In this document: positions 51,662 to 64,000 of the stretch, in pieces
Position numbering within the stretch: the first letter of the stretch is position 1
How the letters are laid out: each line of letters begins with the position of its first letter
DNA from: Eledone cirrhosa
Lineage: Eukaryota
Length of the DNA stretch: 64,000 nt
Reading direction: 5' to 3'
NCBI GenBank assembly: GCA_964016885.1
Contig: OZ024741.1
Span: 300,824,001-300,888,000, forward strand
Notes under the pieces: model-generated
The model's database searches: none
What the model saw: the letters and a program-made list of their open reading frames with translations, nothing else
Told to the model about the DNA's origin: nothing
Program-made: the position numbers and the translations under genes

Positions 51662-51913
51662 TTTAAGTTTCTACCGGTTGCGCATTTCTAATGCTTTTCA
51701 AAAATAATTTTGAGATCAAAATTATTTTTGAAAAGCATTAGAAATGCGCAACCGGTAAAAACTTAAATCCAAAACCGAATACTAACCAATACTTATTACT
51801 AATTTTTACTTATTCCTAATTAAACTATTTTTCACTGGGAACAATTTTTCAGCATTTTCTTTTCCTTTTACCAATATATCACAACTCGTGTGTTACACCT
51901 CTATTCTTTTAAA
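51662..51913 (+). mobile_element. Short fold-back element (palindrome 51662-51767 plus tail)
   Basis: 52-bp arms with a 2-nt loop. The remainder matches 44360-44480 and the reverse complement of 43992-44170. Followed by (TA)n. Confidence 0.8.
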
Positions 51914-52540
<627 letters not shown>

Positions 52541-52672
52541 CACATATACACATACCTAACTATATTTCCTTATATTTTTTATATATTATTTTATATATTT
52601 CTTGCATTACTTTTATTTATATATTTTTTGCATTTCTTGAGGAGGCTTTCCAAATATTTCACTATGTTTTAT

Positions 52673-52750
52673 ATTACCTTGTCCGACCAACAAATGAGGA
52701 CGTTTTTTTCGTATTCGTCTTATTCGGGAAACCTCTGGTAATAAGGTAAT
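52673..52750 (+). ncRNA. Type I hammerhead in 5' pLTR (degenerate core CCGACCA)
   Basis: Helix I ATTACCTTGT/ATAAGGTAAT; GAAA; helix III ACC-TCT-GGT; cleavage GTA. Confidence 0.6.
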
Positions 52751-55019
52751 TATATTGTATTGTTTATTATACATAAAATTTTGCTCTGGTACTTACATAG
52801 AGCACTCTTCACTCCTATGACTTTTTCAATTTTCAACGGAAACTTCAATACTTATACAGCTACCAAGGGAATGATCGCAGCATACTCTACATTTTTATGA
52901 GATTGGCACCTTCCAACCTTTTTAAGTCGAGCACTCTTCAGTCAATAGGATTTTAAACCAATACTGAACATGGATAAATACCCTTTGGATTACTCTATCA
53001 AGAATATCCCAACACCTTCTAACACTTCCTTCACGAAAATGCTGATAGACAAAGTAGAGAAGGTTGTTAAAAGAATGAGATGGAAAGCTTTGATTCTCGA
53101 TGGACACTTTAACACGGATTCAACCGAACATTTTAATATCAAAACTCATAAATACCCGCAAATAGTAAAAGATATGACCGCTTTTGAACTAGACTTAGTT
53201 AATCTAATCAACACTATCAATTTTCGTAAGTACTCTAACCCTTTTCAATCTAAACTATCTAATGATATTTCAATATTAAAATCTTCTAAAAATAAGTTCA
53301 TTTTCTCCGACAAAACTAAAAACTTATACGAAGTTAATAATAATTTACATGACCAACTCTTAATAGATAATATCACCTCTAAATACCAAATAGCTAATAT
53401 AAACACGTATCATAATATAAATAAGGAAGCTAAAGAATTAGCTAGTTCTTTAAAAATAGATAATAGGACAGAAAACTTGCTAAACGTAATGAATATATCA
53501 CCCTTAAAGATCACAAACCTGACTTTATTAATCGTCCTAGTTGTAGATTAATCAACCCTTCTAAGACTGATATCGGTCTTGCCAGCAAAAAAATGTTAAA
53601 TAATATAAACACACACATTAGAAGTAAGTCTAAATTACTCCAATGAATAAATAGCTCTTCCGTAGTACATTGGTTTAATAAAATTAAAGACAAAAATAGT
53701 TCTAGATTCACCCAATTTGACATTGTAGATTTCTACCCGTCTATCACTCAGACTCTTTTAGCGAAAGCCTTAAATTTAGCTAGAAAGTTTATCAATATCT
53801 CTGATATTGAAGAGAATGTCATCTTGCACGCTAGAAACACTCAACTCTTTACTGATAATGACACTTGGGTAAACATATCTAACCCAGAGAGCCCATTCGA
53901 TGTCTCAATGGGCTCTTTTGACAGTGCTGATGTTTGTGATTTAGTCGGCCTATTTCTCCTGCACACACTTAAAGAAAAATTCCCTAACCATATTTTTGGG
54001 CTTTATCGCGACGATGGTCTAATACTTTCTCATACCACCATAGGCCATAACTTAGATAGATTAAGGAAAGACTTAATAAAAACCTTAGCCAGTTTTAACC
54101 TTAAAATTACTATTGACACTAACCTTTCCAATGTTAATTTTCTAGATATAAACCTAGATTTGCCTACCGCTTCTTATAAACCATACCATAAACCTAATGA
54201 AAATTTAAAATATATAAATAAAGGCTCTTGCCATCCTCCCATAGTTTTTAAAAACCTTATCCCTAATATTAGCGGTAGGATCTCCACCATCTCTTCCTCA
54301 GAAGCTATTTTCAATAAGGCATCCCATACTATAATAAAGCCATTCAAAATAGCGGATTTAGCGAACCGATTAAGTACATACCCAACAATACTAACTATTT
54401 TAAACATAATAATAGGAAAATAAAAATAATCTGGTTCACACAATAAGAAATCACCCAGAGAACATCAAAATTGCTCCTGTAGAGTCAAAAGTGAATGCCC
54501 ATTACAAGGTAAATCCAACACCAAAGCCATTGTATATGCGGCTAAAGTGACAACCATCAGCAACAACCAACCAGCCACCAGCGAACGATATGTGGGTATG
54601 ACACAAGACAAATTCAAAACGGGTTATTACTCACTTGTCGCATCTTTCCGACATCCAGAAAAAAGATTCACAACAGCTCTGGCTAGCAGAATATGGGATT
54701 TGAAAGACCAAGGTATCCAATATAAATTGGATTGCTCAATTTTGAACCAATCTAAAGAATATGCAAGAGGAACAAGAAGATGCACACTCTGCATAAGTGA
54801 AAAATATTGGATTTTACAAAACCTTAAATCACCAAAAACCTGCCTAAATACAAACACAGAAATTTTCACCAGTTGCCCACACATGAAATCACACTTGCTT
54901 TCCAGCTCATATAAACTTAACTCACTTTCAGATACTTATCCTCCATAAGCTCTTATTCTTCACTTTCCTTAAATTATTCTCTTTACAGACTTCTCTTTGT
55001 GACTTACTTTCATTTTTAA

Positions 55020-55372
55020 CTTTATTTTTATTTTTATTTTTATTTTTATTTTTATTTTTATTTTTATTTTTATTTTTATTTTTATTTTTATTTTTATTTT
55101 TATTTTTATTTTTATTTTTATTTTTATTTTTATTTTTATTTTTATTTTTATTTTTATTTTTATTTTTATTTTTATTTTTATTTTTATTTTTATTTTTATT
55201 TTTATTTTTATTTTTATTTTTATTTTTATTTTTGTTTTTATTTTTATTTTTATTTTTATTTTTATTTTTATTTTTATTTTTATTTTTATTTTTATTTTTA
55301 TTTTTATTTTTATTTTTATTTTTATTTTTATTTTTATTTTTATTTTTATTTTTATTTTTATTTTTATTTTTA
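55020..55372. repeat. (TTTTTA)n hexamer microsatellite, about 58 units
   Basis: Directly visible, with one TTTTTG variant unit. Lies in the PLE 3' UTR. Confidence 0.98.
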
Positions 55373-55866
55373 CTTCACATCCACCAGTAACCCCCTCCCC
55401 CTACTCTTCGATTCACTTACCTAATATCTTCACATTCCACATTTTCCCCATTTTCTTTCACTACCTGATTTCGTGTCACTTGCGTTTTCCGCTCCAGATA
55501 TATTGTGTTGTTTCGCAGCGGATTTTATATTTGTACTCATTTATTCATAAAGCTGCTTTATACTCTGTATCTATGTGTCTGAGTGTGCTTATGTGCGAAT
55601 ACGTTCTGTATATATATACGAACGCTTCCGTATGTGCGCGTGCGTACGTGTATATATATGTGTATGTATGTATGTTTTTATATCTATGTTTTTACATTTA
55701 CGTTTTTTACATTCTTATTTTCACGTGTGTGTGTAAGCGGGTCAATGTACGTGAATGTGTATGTAAGTGTGTATATATGTATATGTATGTATGGGTGTGT
55801 ATGTGTATGTGTATATATATATATGTATATAGTCGCGTACGTACGTATGATTAGATATACATGGGG

Positions 55867-55904
<38 letters not shown>

Positions 55905-56554
55905 GTGCCTCGTGTGTATGTATGAACGCATGCATGCGCTTTTGTCTGTACGTATTTGTGTGTATAAATATTTGTTTATAGATATATGTTTTTTCTAGAT
56001 ATCTGTGTATGTACGTCGTACCTATGTTTGTTTTCTTTTCTCTAGTGTTAATTCATTACTTTCTCTTTCATTTAAAAATTATTTTCATTCTCATATATTG
56101 TTTCATTTTTATACATATATCGAGAATGATACTTCTTTTTACTATTACACTCCCTTCCCTCTTTATCTTCCGCATATAAGTGACCATGCGTGTGTGTGTG
56201 TGTGTTCATACGCGTGCTTTCATACTCGTATGTGTATTTAATACCTGTATCTGGATGCGTGTCAACTATATTATCATTTTCTTTTTCAACTCATATTATA
56301 TCCGCATTTGTGGTCACATATACACAAATATACTTGCCCTCATATATGTACTTACGCACACATTTTCACCATACACATGCATTTGTACATACACACATAT
56401 GTACATTTGTGAGTGTATATACATACATATACACATACCTAACTATATTTCCTTATATTTTTTATATATTTTTTATATATCTCTTGCATTACTTTTATTT
56501 ATATATTGTTTGCATTTCTTGAGGAGACTTTCCAAATATTTCACTATGTTTTAT

Positions 56555-56632
56555 ATTACCTTGTCCGACGAACGAATGAGGACGTTTTTTTCGTATTCCT
56601 CTTATTCGGGAAACCTCTGGTAAGGAGGTAAT
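56555..56632 (+). ncRNA. Type I hammerhead in 3' pLTR (core CCGACGA, U4C)
   Basis: ATTACCTTGT-CCGACGA-A-CGAATGAG..CTTATTCG-G-GAAA-CCTCTGG-TA-AGGAGGTAAT. Confidence 0.65.
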
Positions 56633-56649
56633 TATATTGTATTGTTTAA

Positions 56650-56699
<50 letters not shown>

Positions 56700-56732
56700 G
56701 TGTATGTGTGTATATCTGTATATATGTGTGTG

Positions 56733-56773
<41 letters not shown>

Positions 56774-56805
56774 AGATCAAAAGATGGTTAAAGGAGTTCC
56801 ATGTA

Positions 56806-56872
56806 TTTTATTATGCGCATTTCAAAAATAAACATCATCATGCAATAATATTTGTGTTTTCATCAGATAAAA
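56806..56872 (-). ncRNA. Type I hammerhead, canonical core (mirror copy)
   Basis: Reverse complement of 60276-60343 with minor differences in helix II. Confidence 0.8.
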
Positions 56873-59800
56873 CAGGAGGACATGATATGAAGGCTAAAAA
56901 ACACTTGTGGATAGTTCAGTTTTAAATCAACATATGAAAAGTAATTTTAGATTGATATGTGATATTGGGAAAAATATTTTATTTAGAGAGGGGGGGTGGA
57001 AAGGATGAAAAAAGGGGAGGAGATGAGAGTGAAGGTGGAGAGGGAGAGATGGGTGATAGAGAGAAAGTGATAGTTTTTATAACTGAGAAAAGATATATTA
57101 TTTTACATAGAGAGGTTGAAAACCGTTGGAAGATAATGTATAAATTAAAAGAACTTGAAAATTAACGAAGGGAAAAATATGTACGAAGAAGGAGAGGGAG
57201 TTAATATGTATTGAGATTAAAAAGTTTGATGATAGAGAGAAAAAAATAATAATTGCGGATGAATATTCTAACGTCAAAAAAATTGTGTGTATGTTTACAA
57301 GTATTATGGAAATTTGAAAATTAACGAAGAGAAAAAATTATTAAGGTTTGTGTATTGAAGGATTTGAGAAAAATAATGTGAAGTTAAGGTTTGTATATTG
57401 AAGGAATTGATAATATGTGCGAAGAAAGAGTTAATAATTCCTCAACTTCGCGGTGGAATTTATCGTGACGATGGACTCTTTACTATCTTAAATTGCAATA
57501 TAGTTAACCTTAATATTATTAAGAACAATATACGTAATGTCTTTAACCAACATAACCTAAAAATTGAATTTGATAACAGTATCAAACTAGCTAATTTCTT
57601 GGATGTATCTCTTAATCTTGACACTGGCCTATATTACCCTTACCATAAAAACAATGAGAACCTAAATTATGTTAACTTTAAATCTAACCATCCTACCAAT
57701 ATCAAGAATGCTATAGTTAGTAATATTGGAAAAAGAATATCTAACATATCTTCTAATAAAAACATCTTTGATGCTAACGCCAATTACTATAACAACGCAC
57801 TTTCTAAAGCCGACTATCCTGATAAAATCAAATATAGTAAAGAAACAAATTCTAGAAGAACTTACAGTAGAATAATTAATCATGATCATTCCAATAACTT
57901 TAATAAAAGACCTAGATACAAAAACATAATCTGGTATAATGCTCCTTTCTCCATCTCTATTAATAACACTATTCCTAAATTATTCTTTAGTGCCGTAAAT
58001 AAATGCTTCCCTCCCTCACATATCTATAGTAAAATATTTAACAAACACACCATAACATTTTCTTATTCTACATCCTCCAATATTTCCAACATTATCTCTA
58101 AACACAACAATAAAATACTAAATACTAAATCTCTTCCTTCCAACACTAAATTTCATAATAACAGTAATAGTACTCCCGACGTCATTGTAAACCCTAGGCT
58201 AATTTCTGTAAACCCAAATACAACGTCAAACACAACTTCGCTAAATGTTCATAATCCAACTCTAAATCAAGAAACTATTATTCCTATCGCAAACAACTTC
58301 TCCAATCCAATTCCTTCTATAGATAACACTAGGTCACTCATTAATAATCTCTCTAATTGCAACTGCCCTATTAAAAATAAATGTCCTCTCAACAACCATT
58401 GTCTTGATAAAAAGTTAATTTATGAATGTAAAGTTATAACGAGCACCAATTCCTTCACCTATTTTGGCTCCACTTCCACCTCTTTTAAAGCTCGTCTCTA
58501 TAATCATCATTCATGTTTTAAATACAAACTTAAAAGAACCAACACGGCTCTCTCAGAACTCATATGGTCCTTGAAAGACAAAAACATTAAATATACCATC
58601 TTTTGGAAGAAGGTTTCTTCTGCGTATTCATACTTGAACAGCTCTCTATCTAAAATCTGTAATCTCTGCCTAAATGAAAAATTTACCATTATCTCTAATC
58701 TAGATTCTATAATAAATAGACGTACATATTTGTTTTCTATCTGCTTGCATAATTTCCATAAAACATTTCACAAAGTATACAGCTAATATTCAATTCTTTT
58801 TCAATTTAGAATCTTTTCTCAAATCTTTTCGCACATATTATCAATTCCTTCAATATACATACACCTCTTTTAAAATATACCCATCTTCCTACCTTACTTC
58901 AAAGGGTATTATACACTCTATAATACTTGTTTACTCATTACCCTCACTCTATCTTCACCTTGTAAAATCCTTCGTAACATATACATTTGTTTTGACGCCG
59001 GATTATTCATCCTTAATTTATTATTTTTTCTCCCCATCATCTAACTCATTCTTAATACATATTAACTCTTTCTTCGCACATATTATCAATTCCTTCAATA
59101 TACAAACCTTAACTTCACATTATTTTTCTCAAATCCTTCAATACACAAACCTTAATAATTTTTTTAATACATATTAACTCTTTCTTCGCACATGTTATCA
59201 ATTCCTTCAATATACAAACCTTAACTTCACATTATTTTTCTCAAATCCTTCAATACACAAATGATCATGATTAATTATTCTACTGTAAGTTCTTCTAGAA
59301 TTTGTTTCTTTACTATATTTGATTTTATCAGGATAGTCGGCTTTAGAAAGTGCGTTATTATAGTAATTGGCGTTAGCATCAAAGATGTTTTTATTAGAAG
59401 ATATGTTAGATATTCTTTTTCCAATATTACTAACTATAGCATTCTTGATATTGGTAGGATGGTTAGATTTAAAGTTAACATAATTTAGGTTCTCATTGTT
59501 TTTATGGTAAGGGTAATATAGGCCAGTGTCAAGATTAAGAGATACATCCAAGAAATTAGCTAGTTTGATACTGTTATCAAATTCAATTTTAGGTTATGTT
59601 GGTTAAAGAGATTACGTATATTGTTCTTAATGATATTAAGGTTAACTATATTGCAATTTAAGATAGTAAAGAGTCCATCGTCACGATAAATTCCACCGCA
59701 AAGTTGAGGAATTATTAACTCTTTCTTCGCACATATTATCAATTCCTTCAATATACATACCTTAACTTCACATTATTTTTCTCAAATCCTTCAATACACA

Positions 59801-60275
59801 AACCTTAATAATTTTTTCTCTTCGTTAATTTTCAAATTTCCATAATACTTGTAAACATACACACAATTTTTTTGACGTTAGAATATTCATCCGCAATTAT
59901 TATTTTTTTCTCTCTATCATCAAACTTTTTAATCTCAATACATATTCACTCCCTCTCCTTCTTCGTACATATTTTTCCCTTCGTTAATTTTCAAATTCTT
60001 TTAATTTATACATTATCTTCCAACGGTTTTCAACCTCTCTATGTAAAACAATATATCTTTTCTCAGTTATAAAAACTATCTCTTTCTCTCTATCACCCAT
60101 CTCTCCCTCTCCACCTTCACCCTCATCTCCTCCCCTTTTTTCATCCTTTCCACCCCCCTCTCTAAATAAAATATTTTTCCCAATATCACACATCAATCTA
60201 AAATTACTTTTCATATGTTGATTTAAAACTGCACTATCCACAAGTGTTTTTTAGCCTTCATATCATGTCCTCCTG

Positions 60276-60343
60276 TTTTATCTGATGAAAACACAAAATA
60301 TTATTGCATGATGATGTTTGTTTTTGAAATGCGCATAATAAAA
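60276..60343 (+). ncRNA. Type I hammerhead, canonical core, palindromic helix III
   Basis: TTTTAT-CTGATGA-AAAC...TTTTT-GAAA-TGCGCA-TA-ATAAAA, with ATGCGCAT palindrome. Confidence 0.82.
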
Positions 60344-60468
60344 TACATGGAACTCCTTTAACCATCTTTTGATCTTATATATTATGTATACTCCAGTCCT
60401 ACAAACTGTAGAGTGCTTCTTATCCGATATCTGCATTGCTTTATTGTACTACAATAAAACTCACCTCC

Positions 60469-60583
<115 letters not shown>

Positions 60584-60602
60584 GTATATATATATATTTA
60601 TG

Positions 60603-60642
<40 letters not shown>

Positions 60643-60673
60643 CATACATATACATATATATATATATATACAC

Positions 60674-60706
<33 letters not shown>

Positions 60707-60715
60707 TATATATAG

Positions 60716-60815
<100 letters not shown>

Positions 60816-60848
60816 GTGTGTGTGTATGTGTGTATGTGTATATATATA

Positions 60849-61577
60849 CAGTCGAGTCCGCTTAAAAGTATATCCTCGGGAATGGAAAATAGTATACTCT
60901 TATCCGGAATAAGTAAAAATATTCTATAGTATTATTATTTTGAGTCTTTCAATGATTAAAAATCCCTTTATTATCTTTTAAAATGCATTTATAAGTTTAA
61001 AAAATGAAAGTTACACCAACAAATTCAACAAGAATTATTGCAAATTATATATAAATTAAGCAATATTTCAACATATTGGTATGCAATTTGGTGAAACCAT
61101 TTTATTAGTGCATTTTACAATCCTTGATGATCAACTGATCTTCTATGTTTCGCATGCAAATTCACATTTGATAGAGCCAACTTTTGATATTTTTTCTCGT
61201 TTTTTTTTTTTATTCTGGAGATGGCTGCTTGACTGCAATTGAATTTATTAGACAATTCATTTTGTGACTTGGCAGATTTCAATTCATTCAAAATAGCAAT
61301 TTTTTAAGTAATGGATAACGCAGAGCGTTTCAAAGACATTTTTATGACAGAATGAATTATTATTTTTGTATTTGCATATATTAAACTTTAAATTGCTTTT
61401 AGAATGGTTATATAAATGACATCTTCGCATTTCATTTTGAATTGTTTTAAAATGGTTATTTTACATTATAAGCCCAATTTACTTTACCGTATTAATTATA
61501 CTCTTATTCGGACTAAATTATATAGAAAATATATAAACGGGTATTGATTATGTTATACTCTTAAGCGGACTCGACTG
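60849..61577 (-). mobile_element. Tigger/pogo-type non-autonomous DNA transposon (MITE-like deletion derivative)
   Basis: 24-bp TIRs CAGTCGAGTCCGCTTAA(A/G)AGTATA with TA on both flanks. Minus-strand HTH_psq remnant MSLKRSALSIT*KIAILNELKSAKSQNELSNKFNCSQAAISRI. Confidence 0.88.
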
Positions 61578-61813
61578 TATATGTATATGTGTATGTATAT
61601 GTATCTGTATATGTGTATGTATGTATATATATGTATATATATATATATGTATATATGTATGTGTGTATATATATATATATATATATGTATATATGTGTGT
61701 ATGTGTCTGTATGTATATATATGTATATATATGTTGGTGTATGTGTGTATATATGTATATATATGTATATGTGTATATATATGTATGTATATGGGTATAT
61801 GTGTATATATGTG

Positions 61814-61854
<41 letters not shown>

Positions 61855-61865
61855 TTATATATGTG

Positions 61866-61966
<101 letters not shown>

Positions 61967-62029
61967 ATATATTTATATGTATATATGTGTGTATATGTGT
62001 ATGTGTATATGTATATATGTATATATATG

Positions 62030-64000
62030 TATTATCAAGTCGCTCTATACAGTTATCCCCCACGCCGACGGCCTACGTGCTCTCAAGCACTACGTCAACC
62101 ATCGCCCCTCCCCCTCCCCTCCACCCCACCCTCCTCCGCCTCGCCGAGCTGGTCTTCACCCTCAATTGTTTCTCCTTCTCGGGTGAGTTTTACCAACAGG
62201 TCACGGGTGTAGCCATGGGCACAAGAATGGGCCCAAACTATGCCGACCTTTTCGTTGGGTATGTTGAGGCCCAAATCTTTACCCAGTACACCGGCCCCAC
62301 GCCCGAACTGTACGGTCGTTACATCGACGACTGTATCGGAGCTACGACCCTCACGCAAGAACAGCTCGACTCCTTTCTGTCTATCTTCTGCTCCTTCCAC
62401 GCCTCCCACCACTTCACCACCTCTATCTCCACCACCCACCTCCATTTCTTAGACATCTCCGTCGTCTTCGACCCATCCCACCACTCCCTCGTCACCTCCG
62501 CCTTCTTCAAACCCACCGACTCCAACTCCTACCTCGACTTCACCTCCTCCCACCCTACACACACACTAAACACTCTATTCCCTACTCTCAACTCCTCAGG
62601 ATCCGCCGCGTCTGTAGCCGAGATGCTGACTTTGAGTCCCAGGCCCTTTCCCTAGTCAGCCATTTCACCCGCAGAGGTCCCCCCCCCCTCGTCCACACCG
62701 CCCTCACTCGCGCCCGTGCTGTCCACCGCTCCACTATCCTCACCCCACACCACCGCACACCAACCCATCGTCTCCACTTCCCCATCACCTACCACCCCTC
62801 CACCCTACCCCTCCACCGCACCATCCTCCGCCTCTTCCGTCGCCTCTAGTCCGAGGCCACCACCTTCAGGGTAGCAACGGCCACTCTCTCTCTGTCCGAC
62901 ACGCCGTCCACTGCACCTCCTCCAACCTAGTCTATGGACTTCGCTGCACGGATTGTAGCGCAACCTACGTCGGACAGACTGGACGTCGCCTGGCGGATCG
63001 TTTTACCGAACACCTCCGGGATATTCGTCTCGGCGGTAGTTCCCCCATCGCCCGTCACTTTGGCTCCCCTGGACATTCCGCGCACCACCTCAGTCTGTGG
63101 CCTACTCCAATGCCACGGAACACCCGCCACTCTCCTCAGAGTCGAACAACGCACCATCTTCCCCCTACAGACCCCTCCCCCCGGCCTGAACTCCCCACCC
63201 CTATTCTTTTAGCTTTCGACCGCCCTGTTCCCCCACCCCATCCCACCCACACATATCCCCCACTAACACCACCAACACACTCCTCCTTTTCACCGCCCAC
63301 CCCACAACTAACAATATACTAACACCCCCACCCCACCCTCGACAACCCTTCCCCAACTAACAATACTAACATTATTTCTCCCCCCCTATCACGCACACAC
63401 CCACCGGTACATACATACACGCACTCACACTAACCACACACCCTACTACCACCACTAACCCTCACCCTCACATCCACTCACACCACCCCACAACTAATAC
63501 CACTAACACACCCCGACCTCAGGCACACGAACACACACACACACCCACTTACACCACCCACTCTACACACCCTACCACCACTGAACCCCAATAACACACC
63601 CGCATTCAACCCTTTCCGCACCACCAGTATACTAACACACACTAATACCCCCTTCACCACACACACACTCATCCAAACACACACACACACACACCAGTAC
63701 ACTACACTCCCTCCACCTGCCCCACCCCTTTCTCTCCCTCTCCCTCTCCCCGCACCACCCACACCCCTTCACACACACACACACATCCCACTAACACCTC
63801 TACTAATACACACACCCTCCACACTCCACCTTTCACACCCACCCATCCTCTCCCCTGTTCACCGCACCTCCGCACACACTGACAAACCGACTTTCTCCAC
63901 CTGCCATTCTCTTCTACTGCTGCCATGCCCTGACCATCTGACCACCTCTCCGCACACACAGACACACAACCCTATTCCTGCCTTGACCCTCTGACCACTT
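62030..64000 (+). mobile_element. 5'-truncated C-rich PLE (Neptune-like RT plus GIY-YIG with CxxC) and long 3' UTR
   Basis: [89 protein letters not shown]. Confidence 0.9.

Larger units (their letters stand above)
52541..56648 (+). mobile_element. Near full-length PLE (Naiad-like) bounded by direct pLTRs (about 52541-52766 and 56425-56648)
   Basis: YSIKNIPTPS, KRMRWKA, SDKTKNLY, RLINPSKTDIG, FDIVDFYPSI, MGSFDSADVCDLVGL, GLYRDDGL, CSC..CPLQG, YVGMT, CTLCISEK. Frameshifted. Confidence 0.92.

Noticed and set aside
58790-59260. Short repeated units resembling a CRISPR-like array
   Set aside because: Irregular tandem duplications of the PLE 3' UTR with no unique spacers, in a eukaryotic context.

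Overview
Non-genic, repeat-saturated animal DNA, most likely an octopod cephalopod. This is inferred from the tRNA-derived SINE families and the very dense (TA)n/(TACA)n/(TAA)n microsatellites. No host protein-coding gene is recognisable. The window is a nest of retrotransposons: one RTE LINE; five R4/Dong-type restriction-endonuclease LINE copies in three families; three Tx1/L1-clade LINE copies, one with a clean twin-priming 5' inversion; and at least seven Penelope-like elements (PLEs). It also holds SINEs, decayed mariner and Tigger/pogo transposons, a Tigger-type MITE, a probable non-autonomous Helitron and a decayed ORF resembling a viral fusion/env glycoprotein. The most striking unannotated signal is a set of long fold-back (palindromic) elements sitting mostly in (TA)n tracts. 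They carry type I hammerhead ribozyme motifs, often on both strands, with palindromic helix III, greatly extended helix II and recurrent core variants. Several have no coding sequence at all. All structures were read by eye and boundaries are approximate unless stated.
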